A stretch of DNA of 64,000 nt from Hemiscyllium ocellatum (lineage: Eukaryota), in NCBI RefSeq assembly GCF_020745735.1, contig NC_083409.1, forward strand, positions 5,569,534 through 5,633,533, given 5' to 3'. Both the position numbers and the translations under genes were made by a program. Under the pieces are notes generated by a model. That model had not been told where the DNA came from. It saw only the letters and a list, made by a program, of their open reading frames with translations, and did not search any database. Positions 1 to 13,959 of the stretch are shown here, in pieces; position 1 is the first letter of the stretch; every line of letters begins with the position of its first letter.

Positions 1-1550
1 CATGAATAAATCTCCTGTGCCAGATGGGGTGGACACGAGATTACTCCAGGAGGTGATGGAAGACATTGGTGTGGCTTTGATGATAATCTTTGGGGCCTCA
101 CTGTCCACTAGAGTAGTGCCAGATGATTGCAGCGTGGCAAATGTTATTCCCTTGTTAACGGAAAGGAATAGGGACAACTCTGGGAATGACCGAACAGGCA
201 GACTTACATCACTGGTGGGCAAAGTATTGGAGACGCTTCTGAGAGACAGGGATTACACTTGCTAAGAAAACGGTAGTTTGATTAGAGGTAGTCAGCATGG
301 CTTTTTGAGGAGCAGGTCATGCCTTTCAAACCTTATTGAATTATTTGAAGATGTGAAAAGAACATGTTGATGAAGGTAGACCGGGAGATGTGGTGAACAT
401 GAATTTTAGCAAGGTATTTGATAACGTTCCCCATTGTTGGCTCATTCAGAAGGTAAGGAGGCATGGGATGCAGGGAAATTTGTCTCTCTGGATACGGACG
501 TGGCTGGCCCATAGAGGACAGAGAGTGGTAGCAGACTGAAAGTATTCAGCCTGGAGCTCAGTGAGCAGTGCGTTTACACAGGGTTTGGCTCTGGGACCTG
601 TGCTTTTTAATTTTTATAAATGACTCTGATGAGGAAGTGGAATGGTGGGTTAGTACGTCAACCGATGACATGCAGGTTGATGGAAGTGTGGATCGTGTTG
701 GATGGCTGCTGTAGGTTGCAACAGGATATTGACAGAATGCAGCGCTGGGCTAATAAGTGGCAGATAAGGTTCAACCTTAAAAAGTGTGAAGTGATTTGTT
801 TTAGAAGGATGCATTTGCATACAGCATACATAGTTAAAGGCAGAATTATTGGCAATGGGGAGGAACAGAGGGATTTTGGGGTCTCCGTCCATAGATCCCA
901 TGAAGTTGCCACCCAAGTTGATAGAGTTGTTAAGAAATTGTATGTTGTCTTGGCTTTCATTAGCAAGGGTATTGAGTTTAAGAGCGGAGAGGTTAATGCT
1001 TAGCTCTATATAGCTGTGGTTCAAGCACACTTGGAATATTTTGTTCAGTTCTGGCTGCCTCATTATAGGAAACATGTGGAAGCCTCAGCGAGTGTGCAGA
1101 GGAGATTTACCAGGATGCTGCTGAGACTGGAGGGCATCTCTTAGGAAGAAAGTTTGAGGGAGCTAGGGCTTTTCTCCCTGGAGCGATGAAGAATGACAGC
1201 TGACTTGATAGAGGTTTACAAGATGTTGAGAGACAAAGATTGGAAAGCTAGAGTCTTTTCACATGGTGGAAATGGCCATCAACAAGGAGCATAAGTTTAA
1301 GGTGATTGGAGGAAGGGGAGATGTCAGAGGTAGGATCTTTACACATAGAGTGGTGGGTGGGTGGAATGCACCGCCGGTGATGGTAGTAGAGTCAGATACA
1401 TTAGAGATAATTAAAAAGAATCTTGGATAGGCACATGGAAGCTAGTGCATTGAAGGTTATGTAGGTTAATCTGATCTTAAGAGTAGGATAAAAGGTCGGC
1501 AAAGCCTTGAGGGATGAAGGGCTCTTATTGTGCTGCACTGTCCTATGTTC
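1..1550 (+). mobile_element. CR1-clade LINE, decayed ORF2 RT region and 3' end
   Basis: ORF pieces VIPLLTERNRDNSGNDRTGRLTSLVGKVLE and LQQDIDRMQRWANKWQIRFNLKKCEV are CR1 RT motifs; many stops and frameshifts; ends at a tgtcctatgttc tail. Confidence 0.9.
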
Positions 1551-2149
1551 CAACTTTCTGTCAGCTGGTGGATTCTCATCATTTGGTGAATGTGTCAGGG
1601 ATTGAAGTGTGTGAGGTCAGGTAGCTGGCTGGGGCGTTAGGCCACGACCTCCGGTTATGGTGTGCATGGTTACAGTCAGCTGAGTGTCAGCACAATATGT
1701 GTGGTTACCTAGACCAGACAAAATCCACCAAGTTCAGTTATTAAACTCATGTTTGGTTTGTCGTCAGCTCCTTGTCTTTTCAGATACATGTATTAATATC
1801 TGATCATCCACAGGCAGGCACAATTTTTGTTTGACACTTGTGAATGTGAAGTTACATTTTTTGGATATAATTTCAGAGGATTCACTGTGAGACACAAGAT
1901 AATGCAGGAAGCTGTTAATTGTGAACATTTTCACACAATGTCTGGACCAGGGAGCAGATGTATAGGGTCTGGGAGACATGCCAGATGTCTGCACCATAAG
2001 CAACACCATGTCATTCTGACACTCCATGTCAATACAATGCTCTCGGGATCATGCTCTGACTGAAGATGAACTTGTAAGACCTGGTTACTGATCAAACATT
2101 GGTATCTAATTTCGACAGTATTTTTAACGACACTGAGAACATTGTTCGG

Positions 2150-2280
2150 TAAGAACAAGAACTGCAGCTGCTGGAAACTGGATTCTAGATTAGAGTGGTG
2201 CTGGAAGAGCACAGCAGGTCAGGCAGCATCCGAGGTGCAGGAAAGTCGACGTTTCAGGCAAAAGCCCTTCATCAGGAATG
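2150..2280 (-). mobile_element. Penelope-like element terminus with minimal hammerhead ribozyme motif (2241-2280)
   Basis: Minus strand reads cauuc-CUGAUGA-A-GGGC-UUUU-GCCU-GAAA-CG-UC-gacuuuc; same family as 15750-15977 and 32346-32460. Confidence 0.75.
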
Positions 2281-2949
2281 ATGACTGATAGCCTGTTGGC
2301 TCGTTTCCTTCTGCCTAAGGTGGAATCTAAATGATTTACTTTGAAGGAATGTTCGAATGATTGTCCTGACCCAGGTTGGAAACTTTCTGGTCAGATTCTG
2401 GACCAGGCCAGTATCTCACTCAGTGTCACAGGCAGCTGTGAGGTCCAGTAGCACGGTGCCTGAATTCAGGCCTTTTGGAGTCCATTTTTAATGTTAGCCA
2501 TGATTGCAACGTGGTGGATTTACTGACTTGTACAATAGTCAGGAGTTAGCCATGTTTGTGAATTGGGCAATGATGAGATATGAACTACAATGTTTCAACT
2601 GAAAAATATTTGCATCATCTCTGAAAACAATTAAGTTAATTCTATATTGATGGAACTAAAATGTAAACACCTAATAACATTTTATAATACAAAAATAGAG
2701 TATGCGTTCTGTTTTGTACCAAAAAGTACATGTTGTCTGATTATTCTAGTGATCACAATTACACATTGAATGCCAGTATTCAAATGCATACATTGCCACT
2801 GTATCATTTGCAAAGTGGATGACCTCTGACTGATTGCATACTCAGAGTGAGCAAACGATTGAACAATCAGATAGAATTATCATTCTGACACATTTAAATA
2901 CAATCAATCGATTTAATTCTCAAGGAAGTGTGCGAGCTTCAGCTATTTG

Positions 2950-5462
2950 TCAACAATTCTATTAGTTTTAATATAGTGATGGAAAATGATCGGCCAGATC
3001 TAAAAGTTGAAGTTCTATGGGTGACACAGTGGTTAGCACTGCTGCTTCACAGCGCCAGAGACCCGGGTTCAATTCCTGCCTCGAGCAACTCTCTGTTTGG
3101 AGTTTGCACATTCTCCCCGTGTCTGCGTGAGTTTCCTACCACAGTCCAAAGATGTGCAGGTTAGGCAAATTGGCCATGCTAAATTGCCCAAAGTGTGAGG
3201 TGAAGAAGTGGATGTAGGGGAATGGGTCTGGTTGGGTTCCTCTTCGGAGGGTCGTTCTGGACTTGCTGGGGGAAAGGGCCTGTTTCCACACTGTAAGTAA
3301 GTAATCTAAATTGGAGTAAGGCTAACTTTGATGATATTAGGCAAGAACATTCAAAAGCTGACTGGGGGCAGATGTTCTCAGATAAAGGGGCAGCAAGAAA
3401 GTGGGAAGCATTCAGAAATTAGGTAACGCGAGTCGAGAGACAGTATATTCCTGTTTCGGTGAAGGGAAAGGCTGGTAGGTACAGGGAATGCTGGGTGACT
3501 AAAGAAATTGTGGTTCTGAAGAAGAAAAAGAAGGGAGCATATATCAGTTACAGACAAGGTAGATTGAGTGAATCCTTAGATTACAAAAAGCGATATGAGT
3601 ATACGTAAGAGGGAAATCAGGAGGGCAAAAGGGGAACATGTGATTACATTGGTAAATAGAATTAAAGAAAATTCAAAGAGATTTTACAAAGACATTAAGG
3701 ACAAAAGGGTAAGTAGCGAAAGAATAGTGGCCCCTCAAAGATCAGCCTGGACGCCTTTGTGCGAACGCAGGAGTTGGGGGTGATACTAAATAAGTATTTT
3801 GCATCAATGTTTACTGTTGGAAAGGACATGGAAGATATGGAATTTAGTGAAATAAATGGTGACATCTTCAAAAATGTTCATATTACAGAGGAGGATGTGC
3901 TGGATGTCTTGAAACGCATAAAAGTGGATCAGGTGTAACCGAGAACTCTGTGGGAAATCAGGGAACGGATTGCTGGGCCTGTTACTGAGGTATTTGCATC
4001 ATCGATAGTCATAGGTGAGGTGCCAGAGGACTGGAGGTTGATGAATGTGGTGCCAACGTTGAAGAAAGTTAGGAAGGACAAGTCAGGGAACAATAGACCA
4101 GTGAGCCTGACAGCGGTGGTGGGCAAGTTGTTGGAGGGAATCCTGAGGGACAGGATGTACATGTATTTGGAAAGGCAAGGACTGAGTAGGGATAGTCAAC
4201 TTGGCTTTGTGTGTGGAAAATCATGTCTCACAACCTTGTTTGAATTTTGCAGAAGAAACAATGGTGATTGATGAGGACAAAGTGGCGGATGTGATTTATT
4301 TGAACTTCAGTAAGTCGTTCCACAAGTTTCCCGGTGGGAGACTGGTTAACCAGGTCGGATGTCATGGAATACAGGGATAACTAGCCATTTGTATCCAGAA
4401 CTGGCTCAAAGGTAGAAGACAGAGGATGGTGGTGGAGGGTTGTTTCACACACTGGAGGCCTGTGACCAGTGGAGTGCACAAGGATTGGTGCTGCGTCCAC
4501 TACTTTTCATCATTTATATAAATGATTTGAATGTGACCATAAGAGGTATAGTTAACAAGTTTGCAGATAACACTAAAGTTGAAGGTGTAGAGAACAGCAA
4601 AGAAGATGACCTCGGATTGCAATAGATCAGATGGGCCAATGGGCTGAGGAGTGGCAGGTGGAGTTTAATTTACATAAATATGAGGTGCTGCATTTTTGGA
4701 AGGAGTTATGCTCTCAATGGTGAAGTTCTAGGGAGTGTTGCTGAACAAAGAGTCGTTTGAGTACAGGTTCTTTGTTCCTTGAAAGTAGATTCGTAGATAG
4801 ATAGGATAGTGATGAAGACATTTCGTATGCTTTCCTTTATTGGTCAGAATATTGAGTACAGGAGTTGAGAGGTCATGTTGTGGCTGTACAGGAAGTTGGT
4901 GAGTGCAATTTTGGAATATTGCGTGCAATTCTGGTCTCCTTCCTATCGGAAAGAATTTGTGAAACTTGAAAGGGTTCAGAAAGGATTTACAAGGACGTTG
5001 CCAGGGTTGGAGCATTTGAGCTGTAGCGAGAGCCTGACTAGGCTAGGGTTGTTTCCCTGGAGTGTCGGAGGCTGAGGGGTGACGTTTTCGAGGTTTACAA
5101 AATCATGAGGGGCATGGATAGGGTAAATAGACAAGGTGTACTCCCTGGTGCGGGGGAGTCCAAAACTCGAGGGCATAGGTTTAGTGTGAAAGTGAAAAGA
5201 TATAAAAGACACATAAGGGACAACTTTTTCACGTAGAGGGTGGTATGTGTATGGAATGAGCTGCCAGAGCAAATGGTGGAGGCTGGTACAATTGCAGCAT
5301 TTAAAAGGCATCTGGATGGGTATATAAGTAGGAAGGGTTTGGATAGATATGGCCCGGGTGCTGAGAGGTGGGACTAGGTTTGGTTGGGATATCTGGTCGG
5401 CATGGCCGAGTTGGACCAAAGGGTCTGTTTTCGTGCCGTGCATCTCTATGAATCTCTGACTC
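2950..5462 (+). mobile_element. CR1/HER1-like LINE (EN C-terminus, RT, 3' tail), interrupted by a SINE
   Basis: MENDRPDLKVEVL, PEDWRLMNVVP..NRPVSLTAVVGKLLEGILRD, QGLVLRPLLFIIYINDL..FADNTK and LEYCVQFWSPSYRK motifs; 3' end catctctatgaatctctgactc. Confidence 0.92.
3018..3310 (+). mobile_element. tRNA-derived HE1-type SINE nested in CR1
   Basis: A-box/B-box head (cacagtggttagc..gggttcaattcc), body ggagtttgcacattctccccgtgtctgcg, tail ccacactgtaagtaagtaatctaaa; splits the CR1 reading KVEVL|NWSKANFD. Confidence 0.9.
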
Positions 5463-5584
5463 AAATTTAAAAATGGCAATAATTTAACATGCACTGTCAA
5501 ATAAATAAATGGTTTATGTTATTAAATTGCAACATACAATGAGTTGAAAACTTGTAATTTTAGAATGAAAAATAAAAAATGAAG

Positions 5585-5840
5585 AACAAAGAAAATTCCA
5601 GCGCAGGAGCAGGCCCTTCAGCCCTCCAAGCTGAACCGATCCAGATCCTCTGTCTAAATCTGCCTACTATTTTCTGCAGATCTGTATCCCTTTGCTACCT
5701 GCCCATTCATGTACCTGTCTAGATATATCTTAAATGATGCTAACACAAAATACTCCAAATATGGTCTGATCAGAGCCTAGTAAAACCTCAGATATCCATT
5801 CCTGCTTGAATATTCAAGTCTTCTCAAATAAATGCCATTG
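5585..5840 (-). mobile_element. CR1 3' fragment with internal deletion
   Basis: aggagcaggcccttcagccctccaag start and acaaaatactccaaatatggtctg are reverse-strand CR1 3'UTR/RT pieces. Confidence 0.7.
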
Positions 5841-5841
5841 C

Positions 5842-6432
5842 TGTATTGGTCTTTCTGACCAGATAGGCCACCCGAAACAATGAACGCATGATGGACATTA
5901 ATACACTTACCATGGAGTTATAAAAATGAACAATCATTAAAGCATGTTGGGCAATGGAACCCAGCCCTGAGTAAATTCTCTGCTAATCCATATGCTGCAG
6001 AATCCAGACAGGCTGCAGCTACCCACAGACGGTTTGCAAACAAACCTGATAGCTATTGACCTTGCAATACCCACCTGAAATTGGACCTGAATGGGACAAT
6101 GGAATGTCACCCTTGGGCCACCAATATACCAACACCGGGTTGAGTCTGATTTATTAGGGTAAATGAACATTGGCAGATCCTCCATACCCTCTCAAGGGCT
6201 TGAAGACTTGGAAGGATAAGAATCACCTCAAAACCCCACAGAGTGCGGTAACTGGAGAATAGCCACTGAGAAAGAAGACAACTCCAAGACCATCAGAAGA
6301 ATAAGAAGGCATCACCATGTCGAGCCTGGCCAAGTTCTAGTGTGATTATACACGGTCAGCCAAAGGTAAGTAAAAGCATAAGACAGTTTTCAGTATTTTC
6401 ATTACTTTATAGTAAACTTGATTGTACTAACA
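5842..6432 (+). mobile_element. Candidate solo LTR
   Basis: Non-LINE 591-bp segment bounded by TGT...ACA; flanks ttgc/ttga (3 of 4 match); AG|GTAAGT at ~6365 and AGTAAA near the 3' end. Confidence 0.35.
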
Positions 6433-6509
6433 TTGATTGTGCTCAACAAACAAATATTATTATTTGTAAGAGTTGAATCAGTTCTTTTGATGAATAGAAG
6501 ATTTCAAAC

Positions 6510-8460
6510 ACACTGTGCAGCAGATGCAACACCTTCCTAACTATTGACTCAACCTGCAAGTTTATCTTGAGGCAATCCTGTACGAGAACTCGCAACTCTC
6601 TTTGCTTTTCAGACGTCTGAATTTTCTCTCCATTTATAAAATAGTCCATGCCTCTCTCCCTCCTCTCAAAGTGCATCACTTCAGGATTTCCCAAGATGCA
6701 CTCCATTTGCCACTTCTTTGCCCACTCTCCTACCCTGTCTAAATCCCTCTGCATTCTAAATGCTGCCTGTCCTTTTACCTACCTTTGTATCATCTAAAAC
6801 CCGAGCCAGAATACTCTCAGTTCCTTAATGTAGGCCATTAATGTACAAAATAAAAAGTTGTGGTCCCAACACTGAGCCATGTGGAACACCAGTTGTCATC
6901 GGCTGCTATCCCAAGACGGTCCTTTTTATTGCCACTCTCTACTTGCTGCCAGACAACCAAGCTTCTACACACATAGTAACATGCCTCGAACAAAATGGGG
7001 CCTTATTTTACTCAGCAGCCTCATGTGTGGCACCTTGTCAAAATCCTTTTGAAGTCCATGTGAATAACATCCACCGGATTTCCTTTGTCTCACTTGTTTA
7101 TTACATCCTCAAATAACTCTTACAGATTTATGAGCAATAACATCCCCTTGATGAAGCCATAATGACTTTGCCCAATTTTACAATTCACTTGCAAGTATTC
7201 AGAAATCTCATCATTCACAATGGATTGCCGGATCTTACACACGACTGAGGTTAGTCTAATTGGCCTGTCACTTTCTGCCTTTTGCCTTATTCCCTTTTTA
7301 TAGAGGCTGTCACTTTAGCAACTTCCTCGTCTTCTGAGCCTCTCCCTGATTCTAGAAATTCATGAAAGATCACCAGAAATGTCTCCATTATTTCTTCATG
7401 TATCTCATTTGTAACTCTGGGATATCGTCAATCTGTCCAGTTTATTTACTCATTTAGTTTTTCGAGTACATTCTCCTAATAAGCTCTGTCCCCTCGTTGT
7501 CTTGCATTTGTAGGATACTATTCGTGTCTTTTACTGTAAAAACCGATGTGAAATATTTGTTCTGTTCCTCAGCCATTTATTTGTTTCCCATTACTATCTG
7601 TCTAGCTTCGTATTCCACGTCCCAATGTCCATTTCTGCCTCTCTTTTACACTTTATATATCTAAAGAAACTCTTGCAGTCGCATTTTATATTAATGGCTA
7701 GCTTACCCTCATTTTTAATCTTCTTCCTCCTATTTGTTTTTGCCCTCTACTGATATTTGTAAGCTTCCAAATCCTTTGTTTTCCCATTGTCATTGCCATG
7801 ATATTTGATTTCTCTTTTGCTTTTATGCTAACCCTGATTTCACCTGTCATTCATTGTTGCCTCATCCTCCCTATACCACGCTTCTTTCAGCTTGAGATGA
7901 ATCTCTGCTGAGTCTCCTGAATTACTCCCAGAAACTCCCGCCATTACTGTTACACTGCCTTTCCTGCTAACCTACTCTCCCAGTCAATCTAACCCAGTTC
8001 CTCCCTCATGCCTTTGTAGTTGCTTTGATTCAGCGGTAATATTGACAACTCTTATTCTATCTCCACCATCTCAAATTGAAGAGTAGGTTCAATGATATTA
8101 TGATCACTGCCTCATAAAGGTTTCTTTACCTTAAGCTCCTTTATCAAGTCTGTCTCATTGCACAACACTAAATCCAATATTACCCGTTCTCTCATTTCCT
8201 GCACCATAAGCTGCTCCAAAAAGTAATCTCGCAGACATTCCACAAATTGCTTTTCTTGCAAACCATTACCAACCTGATTTTCCCAGTCCGGCTGCATATT
8301 GAAATCCCCACAATCACTGTAACTTTGCCTTTTCTAACTCCTGATCTGTCCTCTGCCCTAGCTCCTGACTATGAATTGTTGACCTGTACGTAACTCCAGC
8401 TATGGTTTTTCATCTTTGCGATTCATCAATTCTGCTCACGCACATTCCGCTTTGTTCCTA
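6510..8460 (-). mobile_element. CR1-clade LINE (EN and RT remnants)
   Basis: Minus-strand MQRDLDRVGEWAKKWQME and FVECLRDYFLEQL..VILDLVLCNETDLIKELKVKKPL. Confidence 0.9.
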
Positions 8461-8774
8461 CTTTTAATTTTGGGAACTGAGTAATGGGACGGCAAAACAC
8501 TTTACTGTTGTCACAAGTTCATATTTCAGACATTGATTAAAATATTACATTGTCAATTCCATTGGAATGTGGCCATAATCTATTTCTTTGGCCAAATATT
8601 TTGTCTGTATTATAGGGAAGAATGCAGGCTTTTGAAACTTTAGAAAAGCGTGATGTGAAGAGGATTTGAGTCTATAAAGCGATTAAGAGGGGTCAAGTGA
8701 AGAGAAAAATATTGCCGTGTGGAGCACCGTAGGAAATATTGTCTGTGCACCCAAAGTCTTTTCTAATTAAATGC

Positions 8775-9434
8775 TGTGGGATATAGGAAATTTATGTTTC
8801 TTCTGCAATTTGAAATACATTATATAAAATATAACTGAACTCCATCAATGTGTAATTGTTTCAGCCAGGAGCTGAGTCAACAAGAATGTGAACTCTGTGG
8901 AGGAAATGCTAATTGGTTTGCTAAGGATGTAACAAATGGTAAACCCATTTAGAGGGGATTCGTGATAAGATGCTTTGCAAACAGACAGTTAAACTCAATA
9001 TGCCTGTATAGACATCTGTTTCCCACTTTTACGAAAGAGGAACAAAACCACAATTAAACGAGTCTTAATAATAAGATGCTGAGAGGAACACCACCAATGG
9101 AAGGAGTAAATCATGGTTAGGGAAGCAGGCAACGGGCAAACAGGCCTGAGAATAGGAATGAGCATGTTTTTCACAGACAAGACCGGATAAGACATGAGAT
9201 AAGCAGGAGGGTCTCAGGGAAGTGGAGGATGTAAATATGGGGGGAAACAATGAAATAATAAAAAAACATATAGAAACCAAATTGTATAAATGTCGAGTAT
9301 TTGTTGAATTCGGTGTGTTTTGCCCCTGCCTTGTGGACATCACACCTACTTGCAAGTGTGAAATAAAGAACTCTGCTGATTCAGATCTTATCTCTGACAG
9401 AAATTATTGCAGTGAGTGAGCTTTGTTTTTCACA
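8775..9434 (+). mobile_element. Solo LTR, 660 bp, with 5-bp target-site duplication AATGC
   Basis: Starts TGTG (8775) and ends CACA (9434); AATGC at 8770-8774 and 9435-9439; TATAAA 9285-9290 followed by AATAAA 9362-9367. Confidence 0.85.
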
Positions 9435-9454
9435 AATGCCAGAACAATATTTCA

Positions 9455-9745
9455 GCTTGTGTGAGAGATTACCAGGAGTGGATTGGCTATAAAACTGAAA
9501 AGTATCTCAGCAAAGAAGATGTTGGTTGTTTTAATTCTCTCAAAGTGTTGTGTATTTGTGAACTCTCTTCCCAGACAGCAATGGAGGATAAAGCATTGAA
9601 TATTCCTAAGGCAGAGGCAGGTAGATGCTTGACTAAAAAAACGATGCACCAACATTGTAAGAGCATAAGATGAATGTGTGAAAGAGGTCGCAATCAGATC
9701 ATCCAAGATCTTATTGCATGACAGAGTTGTATTGATGTCTTACAC
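9455..9745 (+). mobile_element. Old CR1 3' fragment
   Basis: Degenerate RT C-terminus (SLKVLCICELSSQTAMEDKALNIPKAEAGRCL) and aatcagatcatccaagatcttattg 3'UTR-like sequence. Confidence 0.6.
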
Positions 9746-10279
9746 GTGATGCTAGTTTCTGCATTTCCGTTGGCTTTAGATGCAGAGCGATTATGAGATG
9801 AATATCATGAACATGACGACTTTTCCTTTCAGATTATTGGGCACAGCTTTCCATATGTGACTTTTAAACAGCAATCAGAATCACTCATGAAAGTTTCATG
9901 GTTTTGGAGAAAGGTCAGGAGCATAGCGCGAAGTGAAAGCCTGCCTTGAAACTGCTTTAGAAATCAGATTGGGATGAATGGATAAGTTTAATTCTACACA
10001 TTACTTTCAGTTGTTTTTCTGATGTAAGTTTCATAGCAAGGCCAGCATTCTGTTGCCTGTGTGTAATTTCTATTCAGAATATGGTGATAAACCCCAGAGA
10101 TTTTTGTGGTGCAGGAACACTAACAGACATATTACAAAGGGAGAAACGAGGTTCTGAACCATTTGACAGTGAAGGGAGAATGGTATAGATTCAAGTCGGT
10201 GTGCTGTGTGACCTTGGAGATTATATACCTCACCATTTGATGCTCACAAGCTATCGAAATAAGTGAGACTACATTCTCT

Positions 10280-11530
10280 ATTGTCAACAATTAAAGTGAT
10301 AGTCTTACAGCACATAGACAGGCCCTTCACCCCAATACATCTATGCCAGCCAAAAAAACACCAACGTACATTATTCCCAGTTACCTGAAGACCTATAGCC
10401 CATTATGCCTTGGCAGATTTTGTTTAAATGCTGCATTGTGTTGTATTTTCTGTGACCTGAGCGATTTTTTTGTTCTTTTATATACAAAATGGTTTCACGG
10501 ACATAGATAACACATTCTAAAGACAGCGGCAAACTCATCAGAGCAATAAAAAATCTCTACATTTTCAATAATTACAGGAAATCTGATTGCCTTTTCGATT
10601 GATTCGGGATTTCAATGGAGCTAGACAAGCATTAATTGCCCTTGAGATGTTCCAGTCCAGTTGATGTTGGTTCATCCAAGTGACTGTTGAGAAGGCGTGC
10701 CAGATGTGCATCTCATGTGCTGGTTTAGCTGGGGGAAATAATATTGGAGGTGGATGGAGTGTTAAACAAGCCGCCATACTGTGATGAACAGCTCGCAGGA
10801 AAACACAGCGAAACTGACTCATTGTCAAAGCGAATGCATGGGGTGGAATTTATTATTTTTCTGAGAAATAACATCCTTACAGAAAGAAGTCTATATAATA
10901 ATGAAGGGAAATCTGTTTCTGTGTGTTATTGGTGTCCTTAAAATAATGGTGTCAAACAGCTGGAATAATGGTGGTGCTGATGTTGAAGGATTCTTGGACT
11001 GAGCATGTGAATTAACATGGATGTTTTCCGAGATGGGTGGGCTGTCCTATGTTGAGTAGGTGCTGATATTCCATGGGATGATGGTGGTTTCTAATCTCGC
11101 CACTTACTGAGCACAGTTCGCCAGAAGAAACCAACAAGTACCGTTGGTTGGTGCTTCAGAGAATGCATCAGAGCTTTCATGGCTGCCATCACATTGAATC
11201 ATGTAGTAAATACCAGGCCCACCGAGTCTGCACCACCCAGTGATTGTGCAAATGTTTTATAATGTTTGTTAGGTTAACTTCCTGAACCACCCTCTCCAAA
11301 GCAATGCATTATTGACACAAACCATCCTCTGGATTCAAAACAGATTGCACAGGTCCTCTCTCAATATCTTCTCTTTCACTTCAAATATATGCCTCTTGTT
11401 TTTAACCCTTTGACTAAGAGGAACTTCTATTGTCTGTTCACTCTGCCCATACCTCTCATGCTCTTATACACCTCTGTCAGGTTCACTCGTTATTCTTCTC
11501 TGATCCAAAAGCAAGACGAGCTTGTCATCA
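10280..11530. mobile_element. Cluster of short decayed LINE fragments on both strands
   Basis: cttacagcacatagacaggcccttc (10325), ttgagatgttccagtcc (10643) and cccatacctctcatgctcttatacacctctgtcagg (11446) resemble CR1 pieces. Confidence 0.55.
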
Positions 11531-13734
11531 TGGTTTGAATTCTCTCTTGTTTTGTTACTTCTTGTAAAGTGCAACATCTCACATTTTTCATTGCTCATTT
11601 TTATCAGTCATTGATCTGGCCATCTGAACAATCAGTTTGTACCCGCCTGCAACCTAACATGTTCCTCCTTATCGTGACCCATCCGGCTAATTATTGTGTC
11701 ATCCACAACATTACTTTTCATCCTCCAACACACCCCATCTCCCACATTAATATCATTAACATTTATGAATAACAGAAACAAAACTTGATTTTCTACCTGT
11801 TCTACAGATGTTGTTACCGAGGAAGAATTGGAAATTCCAGTCTCTTGTTTTTCATATTTTGGCGAATTGACAACCTGATGCAGTTGAGGTATTTTATGAT
11901 GAACCACAAATAATAGTTTGGACAGGGAGCTAAATTCTGCTTTTACACTCCTCCCGTTTGCATGTATTGTTCATAATGCTTGTAATATCATTTATTTTGG
12001 ACTAGCCTTTGGCACTGTGCACTGAAACGTTGCTGTTGTACATGGGACTGCAGCTTATTCTGTAAAACATTCACTGCAATAGTCAGAGCTGAAGTTTTGT
12101 TTTTCATCTGCAGGATGGACGCAGGCTCATTCATTCAGTTTGTTTGAAAGAGCTAGAGGGATGAGGATAACGACTAAATTAAATTCTGCGTTATGAACAC
12201 ACTATAGATCAATTCACATTCTCATGTCTACGTTGACTTGGAAGCAAATTAAAAGAACAAACAGCCACAGTTCTGAATATCGTTTTAAAAAATAACATCA
12301 TGTTTCAATAATGCATTGGGGAGAAAAGAAAATGTCTGCACTTGTTGAAGATACAGAAATGCAGAGTGAATGTAAAATATGATCAAGAATTAAGTGTTAA
12401 TAAAAAAAAGTATGTGGAACCGTTACTTAATTTTCAAAGGAACCCAGATCCCAATTTTCCTGAACAGTGATGTTTGATTTTACATCAATCTCACTTTTCC
12501 AAGTACATGCTTTTCCAACTACATGATGGGCCTTCTGCCACACCTCCTCCTCCCTTACTACTCTTTCTTTACACTCCTAATTCCCTTGCATTGCCCCTCC
12601 TGATGCTACATATCCTTCCACTGAGCATCTCCCTTCACACTTCTCACACTGTCTGTCACACCACCTCCCCTGTCACTCCCACTTTCCCTGACATGCCCTT
12701 TCTGTTGTTGCTGTCACACTAGAAGCTGTTGATTTCTGTGCGAGTACTGGTCATCAGTGAATGGTGAGTTGGGAGTTATCAATGTCAAATAGCCTCAGAC
12801 AGTAGGATGTTTGCCACTATTGATGCAACATGAACATGATAGTTTTGTTCACTATTGGTACGCATTTGGACCTTCTTTCTGTCTGTCTGTCATAATGTTT
12901 AACCAAACAGCCTCATCACCAACATTGTTCTAAGAAAGAGTGTTCTTGTCTTTTGCTCTTTGTTCTTTCAACTGATCTTCCAATGTAATTTGAGGTGAGA
13001 TCAGACTGACGTACCTTTCAATCGAAGCAGGACTTGACTGAGGGTGGAACCAAAGACCCTGAGCAAAGCTGTAGTTAAGGGGAATTAGAGAACATTCTGC
13101 ACTGGTAATGGGAACTATGGAAAAAGCAGTCTCTGTAAGGTTTCTTGCAAGTTTCATGTCATCCTGACTAGGGACTAATTTGCTCCTCCTTCACTATCGG
13201 CTATTAAAAATCTTGGACAGTCCCTACAACAGCTCTGTGTGGATCTGCATTACTTGGATGAAAGAGGTTCAAGTAGGCAGCTCTCTGGCGCCTTTCCCAG
13301 AGGTACTGTGGATGAAAAATAAACTCTGCCCTTGCTGGTGCCTTCCAAAACCCTGGGTGAATGTGTCCTGTTAAAAAAACAAGATATTTTATGTTTGCAC
13401 ACTTGCATCTAAAGTCTCGGAAAGGTATGATCTTGCTGGATTTGCATGAGGCCAGTTACATCAGGAGCATGGCAAGACATTGATAACAATTGAAGTCGTT
13501 ACTTTAGTTATTTACTTTCAGATGATTGATTGAGTTATGTCAGTGCAACTGAGTTCGATATTTTCATAATGTGTTATGGTAGTGCAATAGGCTATCAGCA
13601 TTTAGAAACTTGTCATTCACGAAGTGTTAATTATTCGCTCAGAAACAATAACCAATTATTCGAGAGGCAACAGAAATGGTAGCTTCATTGCTCTCTTTAA
13701 GATCAGATAAGTATCCACGTCCAAAAGGCAAATA

Positions 13735-13900
13735 AATTAAAAGTGCTAGAAAACCTTAGCAGGTTCTGACTTGAGAGAAACGGATTTAACTTATTGAGTC
13801 GAATATGAGTTTTTCCCAACAGGTTAATATCACACTTAATATTCTAACTCCGTTTCTCTCTCCAGATACTGGCTCATCTGCTGAGTTTTTCCACTGTTTT
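13735..13900. repeat. Degenerate inverted repeat of PLE-terminus type
   Basis: gtgctagaaaaccttagcagg..gagagaaacgga is mirrored by tccgtttctctc..ctgctgagtttttccactg. Confidence 0.5.
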
Positions 13901-13959
13901 CCGTATATATTACAGATTTACACTTTCCTCACTATCCCCCAGCACAGTGACAGGGGGGT

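Noticed and set aside
2608-2615. Octamer ATTTGCAT (also 16552-16559 and copies within CR1)
   Set aside because: No leader or V exon follows; an 8-mer is expected by chance, and several copies are part of CR1 sequence
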